A DNA stretch of 57,780 bases from Actinomycetes bacterium (GTDB taxonomy: Bacteria; Actinomycetota; Actinomycetes; JACCUZ01), in the NCBI GenBank assembly GCA_035489715.1, contig DATHAP010000168.1, forward strand, positions 1-57,780. The letters run 5' to 3'. Below the pieces are notes generated by a model that was not told the origin of the DNA, searched no databases, and saw only the letters and a list, made by a program, of their open reading frames with translations. The translations under genes and the position numbers were made by a program. Shown here piece after piece: positions 39,161-47,670 of this stretch; positions within the stretch are counted from its first letter, which is position 1; each line of letters starts with the position of its first letter.

Positions 39161-39946
39161 ATGACCACGATCCCCGCCACCACCGTCCGCCCCGAGCCGC
39201 GCCCGAGCCCGAGTGGCCAGGCGCATCCCGCCGTCCGCACCATCGACGTCGTCAAGACGTACGGCGCCGGCGACTCGGCCGTCCACGCCCTGCGCTCGGT
39301 CTCGGTCGACTTCGCGGCCGGCGAGTTCACCGCCGTCATGGGCCCGTCGGGCTCCGGCAAGTCGACGCTGATGCACGTCGCGGCCGGGCTCGACACGGTG
39401 ACCGGCGGGCAGGTCTTGATCGGCGACACCGATGTGACGGCCCTGAACGACAAGGCCCTGACCCGCCTGCGCCGGGACCGGATCGGGTTCGTCTTCCAGC
39501 AGTTCAACCTGGTCCCGACGCTGAGCGCCGCCGAGAACATCGAGCTGCCGATGCGGCTCGCCGGCCGCCGCCCGGACCAGGAGTGGCTGGACCGCATCAT
39601 CGACGTGGTCGGCCTGCGGGACCGGCTATCGCACCGGCCCGCCGAGCTCTCCCGCGGCCAGCAGCAGCGGGTGGCCGTGGCGCGCGCGCTGGCCGGCCGA
39701 CCCGAGGTGGTCTTCGCCGACGAGCCGACCGGCAACCTGGACTCCCGCTCCGGCGCCGAGGTGCTGTCCTTCCTGCGCCGCTCGGTCGACGAGACGCAGC
39801 AGACCATCGTGATGGTCACCCATGACCCGGTCGCCGCCGGTCACGCGGACCGCGTCGTCTTCCTCGCCGACGGCGAGGTCGTCAGCGACATGACCGCCCC
39901 CACGGCGGAGCGTGTCCTCGACCGCATGAAGAACCTGGAGGGCTGA
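39161..39946 (+). CDS. ABC transporter ATP-binding protein (MacB/FtsE-LolD type)
   Basis: It has Walker A GPSGSGKST, the Q-loop, the signature LSRGQQQRVAVARAL and Walker B VVFADEPTGNLD. Confidence 0.95.
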   Translation: MTTIPATTVRPEPRPSPSGQAHPAVRTIDVVKTYGAGDSAVHALRSVSVDFAAGEFTAVMGPSGSGKSTLMHVAAGLDTVTGGQVLIGDTDVTALNDKALTRLRRDRIGFVFQQFNLVPTLSAAENIELPMRLAGRRPDQEWLDRIIDVVGLRDRLSHRPAELSRGQQQRVAVARALAGRPEVVFADEPTGNLDSRSGAEVLSFLRRSVDETQQTIVMVTHDPVAAGHADRVVFLADGEVVSDMTAPTAERVLDRMKNLEG

Positions 39947-39949
39947 CCG

Positions 39950-42508
39950 GTGCTCGCGCTCACCCTGCGTGGCCTCGCCACGCACAAGCGACGGCTGGCC
40001 TCCACCATCATCGCCATCCTGCTGGGCGTGGCCTTCATGGCCGGCTCCATGGTCTTCACCGACACGATGCGGGCGACGCTGTCCGGGGTCTACACCGACG
40101 CCGAGCAGGGCACCGACGCCCTGGTCCGCGGCCCGTCCACCATCGACAGCTTCGCGGGGACGCTGCACCAGCCGGTGCCCGAGACCGTGGCGAACCAGGT
40201 CGCAGCCGTCGACGGCGTCGAGCGGGTCGCGCCGCGGGTCGAGGGCTACGCGCAGGTCGTCGCCGCCGACGGCGAGGCCATCGACGACATCAGCATGGGC
40301 GCTGCGCCGGCCGGCATGGCCTGGACCGACGCGGCCGAGCTGAACCCGTTCGTGCTCACGACCGGCCGTGGCCCGCGTGCCGACGACGAGGTGGTCGTCG
40401 ACAAGAGCCTGGCCGACGAGGCGGGTCTCGCCCCGGGCGACCCGACGACCGTGCTCACCGCCGCGGGGCCGAGCGACGTGACCGTCGTCGGTGTCGCGCG
40501 CTTCGGCTCGGCGGACAACCGCGCCGGAAACCGGACCGTGCTCTTCACCCTCGACACCGCCCAGCGGCTGCTCGGCCGCGACGGCCGAGTCGACAGCGTC
40601 GCCGTGCAGGCGGCTCCCGGCGTGAGCCAGGCCGAGGTCACCTCGGCGATCCGGGACAGGCTCGGCGTCGGCACGGACGGCTCAGGCGGACTGGACGTCC
40701 TCACCGGCTCGGCGCTGGACGCCGAGAACGCGAGCCGCAGCAACGAGGACGCCGACTTCTTCGCCATCTTCATGAAGGTCTTCGCCGGCGTGGCCCTGCT
40801 CGTCGGGGCGTTCATCATCAACAACACCTTCGTGATCCTGGTGGCCCAGCGCACCCGCGAGCTGGCGCTGCTGCGCGCCATCGGGGCGAGCTCCAAGCAG
40901 GTGCGGCGCAGCGTCGCCGTCGAGGCGCTGGTCATCGGCGGTCTGGCCTCCGGTCTGGGCCTGCTGGCCGGCGTCGGCGTGGCGTCGGGCATCCAGGCGC
41001 TGTGGCGCAGCGCCGGCGTGACCCTTCCGGAGGGCCCGCTGGTGATCAAGGCGTCCTCGCTCGGCATCGCGTTCGCGCTCGGTGTCGGTGTGACGCTGCT
41101 GTCGGCGCTGCTGCCGGCCCGGCGGGCGGCCAAGGTGGCACCGGTCGCCGTCATGCGGTCGGTCGCCGTGGAGCAGACCCGACCCTCGAAGGTGCGGGTC
41201 GGCCTGGGAATCCTGCTCGCCGGGGTCAGCGCCGTCGCGCTCGTCGCGGGCTTCGTCGGCGGCGAGCTGCCGCTGGTGCTGGTCGGGACGTTGGCCGGCT
41301 TCGTCGGCACCGTGGTCCTGAGCCCGGTGCTCGCCCGGCCGGTCGTGCGGGTCCTCTCCGCCCCGCTCCCCCGGATCGCGGGGATGCGCGGCCGGCTGGC
41401 CCGGGAGAACGCGCTGCGCAACCCGCGGCGCACCGCGGCCACCGCGTCGGCGCTGATGATCGGGGTCGCCCTGGTCGGCGGCATCACGGTCTTCGCCGCG
41501 TCCGGCAAGTGGTCGGTCAGCCACTCCTTCGACAAGGAGTTCCGCGGCGACCTGGTCGCCGACACCGGCGCCTGGACCTACGGCGGCGCCAGCCCGCGGA
41601 TGGCCGACGACCTCGGCCGGCTGCCCGAGGTGGCGGCCGCCGTGCCGACCCAGATGACCGAGGCCGAGGTCGGGGACTCGGTGACCCAGCTCAGCGGCTG
41701 GCCTGCCGCCACCGTCGACCGCGCCTTCGACATCGGCGTCTCGTCGGGTTCGCTGGACGGGCTGGGCCGGGACGGCATCGCGCTCGGCTCGCGCTGGGCC
41801 GAGGGCCACGACCTGGCGATCGGGGACGAGCTGCCCGTCGTCTTCCCGAGCGGGGCGACGCAGAGCTTCACGGTGCGCGCGCTGTTCGACCACCCCGACT
41901 GGACCGGCCCGGTGTGGGTCGACCGGTCGGCCTTCTCGGCGGCCCAGCCCGACCAGCTGGACACCCGGGTCTACCTGACCGGGGCCGACGGGGTGGGTGC
42001 CCCCGACCTGAGGTCCGCGGTCGAGGGGGTCACCGCGGCGTACGCCTCGGTCGAGGTCCAGGACCGCGACGAGGTCCGGCAGTCGGTGGTCGACGAGTTC
42101 AACGCGATGCTGGGGGTCGTCTATGCGTTGCTCGCCCTGGCGATCGTCATCGCGCTGGTCGGCATCGGCAACACGATCGCGCTCTCGGTCGTCGAGCGGA
42201 CCCGCGAGCTGGGGCTGCTCCGGGCGGTCGGGATGTCGCGGGCGCACCTGCGAGGCATGGTCCGCTGGGAGGCCGCGCTGATCGCGGTCTACGGCACGGT
42301 GCTCGGGCTGGTCATCGGGCTGGGCATCGGCCGGGCCCTGGTCTACGCGATCAAGGCCTCGGGCATCGAGACCGCCGAGACGGTGGTGCCGGTCGGGCAG
42401 CTGGCGCTGATCGTGGCGATCGCCGGGGCCAGCGGGGTGGTCGCGGCGCTGCTGCCGGCCAGACGGGCGGCCCGGCTCGACGTGCTGGACGCCGTGTCGA
42501 GCACCTGA
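39950..42508 (+). CDS. ABC transporter permease with two FtsX/MacB-type domains
   Basis: This 852-aa protein has duplicated FtsX 4-TM modules (RTRELALLRAIGAS and RTRELGLLRAVGMS) and large extracytoplasmic domains. It starts 3 nt after the ATPase stop. Confidence 0.92.
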   Translation: MLALTLRGLATHKRRLASTIIAILLGVAFMAGSMVFTDTMRATLSGVYTDAEQGTDALVRGPSTIDSFAGTLHQPVPETVANQVAAVDGVERVAPRVEGYAQVVAADGEAIDDISMGAAPAGMAWTDAAELNPFVLTTGRGPRADDEVVVDKSLADEAGLAPGDPTTVLTAAGPSDVTVVGVARFGSADNRAGNRTVLFTLDTAQRLLGRDGRVDSVAVQAAPGVSQAEVTSAIRDRLGVGTDGSGGLDVLTGSALDAENASRSNEDADFFAIFMKVFAGVALLVGAFIINNTFVILVAQRTRELALLRAIGASSKQVRRSVAVEALVIGGLASGLGLLAGVGVASGIQALWRSAGVTLPEGPLVIKASSLGIAFALGVGVTLLSALLPARRAAKVAPVAVMRSVAVEQTRPSKVRVGLGILLAGVSAVALVAGFVGGELPLVLVGTLAGFVGTVVLSPVLARPVVRVLSAPLPRIAGMRGRLARENALRNPRRTAATASALMIGVALVGGITVFAASGKWSVSHSFDKEFRGDLVADTGAWTYGGASPRMADDLGRLPEVAAAVPTQMTEAEVGDSVTQLSGWPAATVDRAFDIGVSSGSLDGLGRDGIALGSRWAEGHDLAIGDELPVVFPSGATQSFTVRALFDHPDWTGPVWVDRSAFSAAQPDQLDTRVYLTGADGVGAPDLRSAVEGVTAAYASVEVQDRDEVRQSVVDEFNAMLGVVYALLALAIVIALVGIGNTIALSVVERTRELGLLRAVGMSRAHLRGMVRWEAALIAVYGTVLGLVIGLGIGRALVYAIKASGIETAETVVPVGQLALIVAIAGASGVVAALLPARRAARLDVLDAVSST

Positions 42509-42538
42509 CCGACACCTGCCCGGCCACCCAGCCGTGAC

Positions 42539-42620
42539 CCGAGATCGTCTGCGACGTTGCGCCCAGAGACACGCCGGCGCATCGGCGCGTCACCCGGGCC
42601 TACGTCGCAAACGATCTTGG
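42539..42620. terminator. Long imperfect hairpin (about 19-bp outer stem, structured interior) between convergent ABC permease and dcd genes
   Basis: AGATCGTCTGCGACGT (42542-42557) pairs with ACGTCGCAAACGATCT (42602-42617) at 15 of 16 positions, and the stem extends by CCG/TGG. An inner GCCC/GGGC helix is also possible. Confidence 0.45.
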
Positions 42621-42659
42621 CTGGGGGGCTGGGGCGTGGCGGGCTGGGCGGGCCGGCGG

Positions 42660-43235
42660 TCAGGTCGCGGTGCGGTGGAAGCTCTGGAACGAGCGCGAGG
42701 GCGTGGGTCCGCGCTGCCCCTGGTAGCGCGAGCCCTGCGCCCCGGAGCCGTACGGCGCCTCGGCCGGACTGGTCAGGCGGAAGAAGCACAGCTGGCCGAT
42801 CTTCATGCCCGGCCACAGCTTGATCGGCAGGGTGGCCACGTTGGACAGCTCGAGCGTCACGTGGCCGGAGAACCCGGCGTCGATGAAGCCGGCCGTCGAG
42901 TGGGTCAGCAGCCCGAGCCTTCCGAGCGAGCTCTTGCCCTCGAGACGGGCTGACACGTCGTCGGGCAGGGACACGACCTCGTAGGTGGAGCCGAGGACGA
43001 ACTCGCCCGGGTGCAGGATGAACGGCTCGTCGCCCTCGGGCTCGACCAGCCGGGTCAGCTCGGCCTGCTCGACCGAGGGGTCGATGTGCGGGTAGCGATG
43101 GTTCTCGAAGACCCGGAAGTAGCGGTCGATCCGCACGTCGACGCTGGACGGCTGGACCATCGTCGCGTCGTACGGCTCGAGCGTGACCCGGCCGGCGGCG
43201 ATGGCCGCGCGGATGTCCCTGTCCGAGAGCAGCAC
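42660..43235 (-). CDS. dcd: dCTP deaminase
   Basis: The sequence [22 protein letters not shown]...SSVDVR... is a full-length Dcd-like fold. Confidence 0.95.
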   Translation of the reverse strand: MLLSDRDIRAAIAAGRVTLEPYDATMVQPSSVDVRIDRYFRVFENHRYPHIDPSVEQAELTRLVEPEGDEPFILHPGEFVLGSTYEVVSLPDDVSARLEGKSSLGRLGLLTHSTAGFIDAGFSGHVTLELSNVATLPIKLWPGMKIGQLCFFRLTSPAEAPYGSGAQGSRYQGQRGPTPSRSFQSFHRTAT

Positions 43236-43241
43236 GCGCCG

Positions 43242-43247
43242 ACCCTA
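43242..43247 (-). promoter_or_regulatory. -10-like hexamer TAGGGT, 6 nt upstream of dcd GTG start (leaderless-type)
   Basis: The minus-strand read is TAGGGT-cggcgc-GTG(43235). Confidence 0.45.
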
Positions 43248-43324
43248 CCGGCGGGCGCACGCCACCTCGGCACCGTCGGCGAGGAACGCTACGATGCTGC
43301 CGGTCGGGGCGCTCGCCGCCCTGC

Positions 43325-43398
43325 GCGGGTGTAGTTCAATGGCAGAACATCAGCTTCCCAAGCTGACAGTGCGAGTTCGATTCTCGTCACCCGCTCCA
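43325..43398 (+). tRNA. tRNA-Gly (anticodon CCC)
   Basis: A manual cloverleaf fits: acceptor GCGGGTG/CACCCGC, D stem GTTC/GAAC, anticodon stem TCAGC/GCTGA with loop TTCCCAA, and T arm GCGAG-TTCGATT-CTCGT. The CCA is encoded and the length is 74 nt. Confidence 0.93.
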
Positions 43399-43493
43399 GC
43401 GAGCCCGCCACGTCCGCGCCACCTCACGTGATCTCGCCGCTGCCTCGAGGGTCGGGCGCCGCGCTAAGGGGCGTTGGGAGTTCGCGGCCTTGT

Positions 43494-44192
43494 CTAACGG
43501 ACGGCGACCACGACGCAGCACCGCTCCGGGTCGGGGTCGAGTCGTGGCGCGAGCCGCTCGTCCAGACGGTCCGCGGCCGCCGTGACGAGCGCGAGGTTCA
43601 TCCCGCACACCAGGTCGGTGTGCTCGCGAGCAAGCGCGTCGAACGGGCAGTTGCGGAGCGTGACGACACCGGCGTCCGCCCGGGGCTCGTACCCGCAGCG
43701 GGCCAACGTCGTGCACAGCCCCCCGATCGACGCGTCGACCGACCTCCGCGCTGGCAGCCCGGCGCGCGTCTGCTCACCGAGCGACGCACCGAACGTCGCA
43801 GCGCCACGGTGGAGCGCCTCGCGGACCGGCGTCTCCCCACGGGACGACTCGTCGATCGCCGCTGCCATGAGCTGTCCGGCCAGGTCGTAGCGGCGCTCCG
43901 GCAGCGACACGGCGAGCTCACCGGGGGCCCGCCGGTACAGCTTGGCCGGTCGTCCCGCACCCGGCCCCTGCCGCCCGGTCAGCCGGCGGAACTCGGTGAC
44001 CAGCAGGCCCTCCTCGACCAGCTTCTCGAGGTGGAACTTCGCCGTGTGCCGGGCAACGCCGACACCGGCGGCCGCCTGGTCCCGGCCGACCGGCTCCGGC
44101 TGGGCGGCGACGAACAGGTACAGGTCACGGCGCACCGGCTCCGCCAGCGCGGCCACGCCGGCCACTCGCGTGGCGAAGTCTTCCTCGGTCAC
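43494..44192 (-). CDS. ArsR-type winged-HTH transcriptional regulator with Cys-containing C-terminal domain
   Basis: It has LAEPVRRDLYLFV...VARHTAKFHLEKLVEEGLL (wHTH) and the C-terminal NCPFDALAREHTDLVCGMN. The start is uncertain: GTG 44192 has a GAAGGGG SD, and ATG 44255 is an alternative. Confidence 0.8.
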   Translation of the reverse strand: MTEEDFATRVAGVAALAEPVRRDLYLFVAAQPEPVGRDQAAAGVGVARHTAKFHLEKLVEEGLLVTEFRRLTGRQGPGAGRPAKLYRRAPGELAVSLPERRYDLAGQLMAAAIDESSRGETPVREALHRGAATFGASLGEQTRAGLPARRSVDASIGGLCTTLARCGYEPRADAGVVTLRNCPFDALAREHTDLVCGMNLALVTAAADRLDERLAPRLDPDPERCCVVVAVR

Positions 44193-44219
44193 CTGAGCCC
44201 CTTCTAAGGGACGAATTGG

Positions 44220-44248
44220 TTGACGAAAGTAACCCGACGGTCTAGCGT
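44220..44248 (+). promoter_or_regulatory. Sigma-70-type promoter candidate for the DoxX-like gene (-35 TTGACG, 17-nt spacer, -10 TAGCGT)
   Basis: It lies in a locally AT-richer divergent spacer, followed by a strong AAGGAGG SD 8 nt before ATG 44285. Confidence 0.5.
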
Positions 44249-44284
44249 CCATCGTACTGTCCGTTACACAAGGAGGCAACGCAC

Positions 44285-44734
44285 ATGACCACGCTCCACA
44301 TGACGTCCCGCCGCAGCCTCGACGACGTCCGCCACGACCCCGCGCGCCAGGCGTTCCTGCTGCTCCGGACCGTCTTCACCGTCGCCCCGATCGCCTTCGG
44401 GCTGGACAAGTTCGCCGACCTCCTCACCGACTGGTCGGGCTACCTGGCGCCATCGATCGACGACCTCGTGCCGGGCAGCGCGCACCAGGCGATGCTCGCC
44501 GTCGGCGTCGTCGAGGTCGCTGCCGGCGTGCTCGTCGCCGTGCGCCCACGTCTCGGCGGCTACGTCGTGGCTGCCTGGCTGGCCGGGATCATCGGCAACC
44601 TGCTGCTCATCCCAGGCTTCTACGACGTCGCCCTGCGCGACTTCGGGCTCATGGTCTCCGCCCTCGCCCTGGCCCGGCTGGCCGCTGCGTACCCGGCCGT
44701 CCGGTCCGGCGACCGTCACCAGCCGTCGGCATGA
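44285..44734 (+). CDS. DoxX-like small integral membrane protein
   Basis: It has about 4 predicted TM helices ([20 protein letters not shown]...) and a strong SD, and it is divergent from the wHTH regulator. Confidence 0.65.
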   Translation: MTTLHMTSRRSLDDVRHDPARQAFLLLRTVFTVAPIAFGLDKFADLLTDWSGYLAPSIDDLVPGSAHQAMLAVGVVEVAAGVLVAVRPRLGGYVVAAWLAGIIGNLLLIPGFYDVALRDFGLMVSALALARLAAAYPAVRSGDRHQPSA

Positions 44735-44831
44735 CCGCACTGGCGGAGGGTCGGGGCGCCCACCCAGAGAGTGGACCCCGGGCGCTGCGCATGGTGCACG
44801 ACACCGGGCCGGTGGATCTATTGGGCGCACA

Positions 44832-45154
44832 GGTCGCCGCAGCCGCGTCCTCACCGCCCTCGGCCTCCGCCTGGACGCGGAGGGAGTCGCGGGCACGCCG
44901 GCCCGGATGGCGAGCGCGTACGCGGGGCTGTTCGAGCCCCGGCCCTTCGACCTGACGACGTTCCCCAACGACGAGGGCTACGACGAGCTCGTGCTGGCCC
45001 GCGGCATCCCGGTGCACTCGGTCTGCGAGCAGCACCTGTTGCCCTTCGTCGGCGTCGCCCACGTCGGCTACCTGCCGGGAGACCGGATCCTCGGTCTGTC
45101 CGAGCCCGCGCCGAGTTCTTCGCCCTGGCAGCGCACCAGCCGGAAGGAGCCTGA
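44832..45154 (+). pseudogene. folE: Degenerate, frameshifted and 3'-truncated GTP cyclohydrolase I (folE) remnant
   Basis: One frame reads ...[70 protein letters not shown]. The expected continuation (KLARVVEFFA...) appears only in another frame, as [17 protein letters not shown] followed by a stop. About the last third of FolE is missing, there is no credible start, and the CEHH active-site box reads CEQH. Confidence 0.6.
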
Positions 45155-45187
45155 CCTAACCTGAGGTGGTCCCACCTGGAGGTGCGG

Positions 45188-46195
45188 GTGAGCCGGGACG
45201 AGATCGGTGGCCGCGACGAGCGCGAGCCGCTGGTGCCCGGCCGCGTCCAGGCCGGGCTCGGTGTGATCGCGCTGGCCCTGGCCGCCGTGGTCGTCCTGCC
45301 CCGGCTGGGACAGCCGGCGGAGCCGGACGCGGCCGCCCCGACGCGATCACCGACACCGACACCGCCACCGACGCCGACGCGGACAGCGGCGCTCCCGGGA
45401 GACTTCGCACCCTCGACCGGCGTCGGCTTCATCGGCCTGCCTCCCGCCGGTGCGACGCCGAGCAGCCCGGCCGGCGGCGAGCTGGTCGTCGAGGTCTGGA
45501 CCACGCAGGCCCGGGTCTGGGTCTACGCCGACGGCCGTCTGATCAGCCTGCGCTACTCCGACCTCCGCACCGGGGCCGACCCGGTCTCGACCGGCCTGCT
45601 CGAGCAGCAGCTCACCCTCTCCGGCGTCGAACGGCTGCGCTCCTACGTCGCGGGCTCGGGGGCCGGCCTGGCACCTGCGCCGGACCGGCCCGCGACCGGT
45701 CCACGGCGTCCGCTGGTGCGCGTCGGTGGCCGGCTGCGAGCCGTCGACCGGCCGTCCACCTCCTGCGACTCCCGCAGCTGCGAGCGGGTCACCAACCCGG
45801 GCTCGTGGCTGCCGCCCGACGCCTGGCGTAGGGAGCGCCTGACGGCGTACGTGCCGTCGAGGTTCGCCGTCTGCTACGGGCTGAGGGATGCCACCACGAA
45901 CGTCGCTGAGGCCCCCGCCGTCCCGGACGAGAGCCTCTTCGGACGCACCAGCCCCGGCGACCGCCGGCTGCCGGCGGACTGGCCGTGCTCGGTGATGCCC
46001 ACGCAGCGTGCTGCCCGGATCGTCGAGACCCTGCGGGGCGCACGGGTGCTGCGCGACTCGACGGTGGCGTCACGGATCCTGGCGTACGTCGTCGACGTGC
46101 GATCGCCCCGGCCGGGGAGCCCGCCGCACGAGGCGCGGCTGTTCTTCGAGCCGCTGCTGCCGGACGCTCGATGGCCCTGCTCCGCCTGCGGATAG
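45188..46195 (+). CDS. Hypothetical membrane-anchored protein (N-terminal TM, Pro/Thr linker, Cys-containing extracytoplasmic domain)
   Basis: It has the TM segment GLGVIALALAAVVVL and the linker PTRSPTPTPPPTPTRT. GC3 is high, and a GGAGG SD lies 5 nt before GTG 45188. I recognise no family. Confidence 0.55.
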   Translation: MSRDEIGGRDEREPLVPGRVQAGLGVIALALAAVVVLPRLGQPAEPDAAAPTRSPTPTPPPTPTRTAALPGDFAPSTGVGFIGLPPAGATPSSPAGGELVVEVWTTQARVWVYADGRLISLRYSDLRTGADPVSTGLLEQQLTLSGVERLRSYVAGSGAGLAPAPDRPATGPRRPLVRVGGRLRAVDRPSTSCDSRSCERVTNPGSWLPPDAWRRERLTAYVPSRFAVCYGLRDATTNVAEAPAVPDESLFGRTSPGDRRLPADWPCSVMPTQRAARIVETLRGARVLRDSTVASRILAYVVDVRSPRPGSPPHEARLFFEPLLPDARWPCSACG

Positions 46196-46232
46196 AGGCA
46201 TGGCCGGCCCAGGACCCGGGCAGAGCACCGGC

Positions 46233-46583
46233 ATGGCGTCGTACGACGTGAACCGGGCGGCGGTGACTCGCTGCCGCGAGCTGGTCGACAAGCGGCAGTA
46301 CGTCCTCGACAGCGACTGGGGCGAGGTCCAGCCCGGGGCCGATGTGCAGAACGGCTACCTCGAGAACCACTCCTGGGACGACTACGCCGCCTGGCACCTC
46401 GGGCTCACCGAGGGGGCCAACGACGGGACCAAGGCACGGCACGCGTTCGTCTACGGGGACCTCCGGCGGGTGCACCGGTCCGGATTGATCGCCTGCGTGT
46501 ACCGCGCGCTCGAGTGGCGGCACCGCGACGTGGCCGATGCGGCGTACGAGCTCCTGCGGCACCTGGACGAGGTCAGCGGCTGA
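46233..46583 (+). CDS. Hypothetical 116-aa acidic/Trp-rich protein
   Basis: The protein-like sequence begins at ATG 46233 (MASYDVNRAAVTRCRELVDKRQYVLDSDWGEV...). The upstream part of the tracked ORF overlaps the preceding gene. I recognise no family. Confidence 0.55.
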   Translation: MASYDVNRAAVTRCRELVDKRQYVLDSDWGEVQPGADVQNGYLENHSWDDYAAWHLGLTEGANDGTKARHAFVYGDLRRVHRSGLIACVYRALEWRHRDVADAAYELLRHLDEVSG

Positions 46584-46662
46584 CGTCGTCACCGATGACT
46601 CCGGTGCTCGCGCCGGGTCACCATGGGGACAGCCAGACCACCTAGCGGACGGGAGCACCCGC

Positions 46663-47055
46663 ATGTTCGGCACCTCACCGGCCTTCGCCAGCTTCGCCGT
46701 CGACGACATCGACGCGGCGCGCACCTTCTACTCCGAGACACTCGGCCTGACGGTCGAGGACCTCCCCATGCCCGGCGGCCTGCTCAACCTGCAGCTGGGC
46801 GGCGGGGGCAACGTGATGGTCTACCCGAAGCCCGACCACACCCCGGCCACCTTCACCGTCCTGAGCTTCCCGGTGGACGACGTGGACAAGGCGGTCGACC
46901 AGCTCACCGCGGCCGGCGTCCCGATGCAGCGCTACGACGGGTTCGGCCAGGACGAGAAGGGGGTCGCCCGAGGTGACCTCGGGCCGGCCATCGCCTGGTT
47001 CACCGACCCGGCGGGCAACGTCCTCGCCGTCCTCGAGCAGGACGAGGACGACTGA
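46663..47055 (+). CDS. VOC (glyoxalase/bleomycin-resistance/dioxygenase) family protein
   Basis: It has FASFAVDDIDAARTFYSETLGL and AWFTDPAGNVLAVLE. A GGGAG SD lies before ATG 46663. Confidence 0.85.
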   Translation: MFGTSPAFASFAVDDIDAARTFYSETLGLTVEDLPMPGGLLNLQLGGGGNVMVYPKPDHTPATFTVLSFPVDDVDKAVDQLTAAGVPMQRYDGFGQDEKGVARGDLGPAIAWFTDPAGNVLAVLEQDEDD

Positions 47056-47076
47056 GCGACGGGCCACCGAGCCGGG

Positions 47077-47670
47077 TCAGACCACGACCACGCCGGCCGC
47101 CTCGGCGACCAGCAGGGCCTGCGTCGGGTCCAGCCGGGTGCCGTGCCACTCGAGGCCGGACAGGTCGACACCCTCGAGGGTCGCCCCGGCGAGGTCGCCG
47201 TCGCCCAGGCGCACCGCGCGCACGGTGGCCCGGGTCAGGTCCGCCCCGCGCAGGACGGTCTGCCTCAGGTCCGCCTCGGCGAGGTCGGCCTCGACGAGCC
47301 GCAGGCCGGAAAGGTCGAGGCCGGACAGGTCGGCACCGCGGAGCTGGACGTAGGACCAGTTGCCGCCCTCGACCGTCATCGGTCGCAGCCTGCAGTCGAC
47401 GAAGCTCGAGCCCATCAGCTTGCAGCCGCGCAGGGTCACGTCGAAGAAGCAGGTGCGGTGGAAGCGACAACCGACGAACGACGTGCCGTCGTGCACGGAG
47501 GAGTTGAGCCGGCTGCCGCGGAACTCGCAGTCCTCGAAGCGGGCGCCGCGCGACGTGGCCTCGGTCAGGTCGGCGTCGTCGAAGACGCACGAGACGAATG
47601 ACCGGCCGCCGAGGTCCTCGGCGTACCAGTCGACGTCGCGGAACGTCGCGCCCTCGGTGACCTCGTCCAT
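47077..47670 (-). CDS. Pentapeptide-repeat protein, MfpA/Qnr-like (DNA-mimic type)
   Basis: It is built from continuous A(D/N)LXX-type pentapeptide repeats, shares a CRLRP segment with mycobacterial MfpA, and is about 197 aa long. ATG 47670 has a GAGAGG SD, and GTG 47688 is an alternative start. Confidence 0.9.
   Translation of the reverse strand: MDEVTEGATFRDVDWYAEDLGGRSFVSCVFDDADLTEATSRGARFEDCEFRGSRLNSSVHDGTSFVGCRFHRTCFFDVTLRGCKLMGSSFVDCRLRPMTVEGGNWSYVQLRGADLSGLDLSGLRLVEADLAEADLRQTVLRGADLTRATVRAVRLGDGDLAGATLEGVDLSGLEWHGTRLDPTQALLVAEAAGVVVV

Noticed and set aside
44731-44955. The tracked ORFs 44731-44955 and 44771-45154 as independent genes.
   Set aside because: Both are alternative frames across the folE relic. 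Only fragments of each frame resemble FolE, which fits a frameshifted pseudogene rather than new genes.
43399-47076. Calling the tRNA-Gly-adjacent segment a genomic island or mobile element.
   Set aside because: No integrase, transposase or excisionase is present, and no direct repeat of the tRNA 3' end was visible by eye. It is kept only as a low-interest hypothesis.
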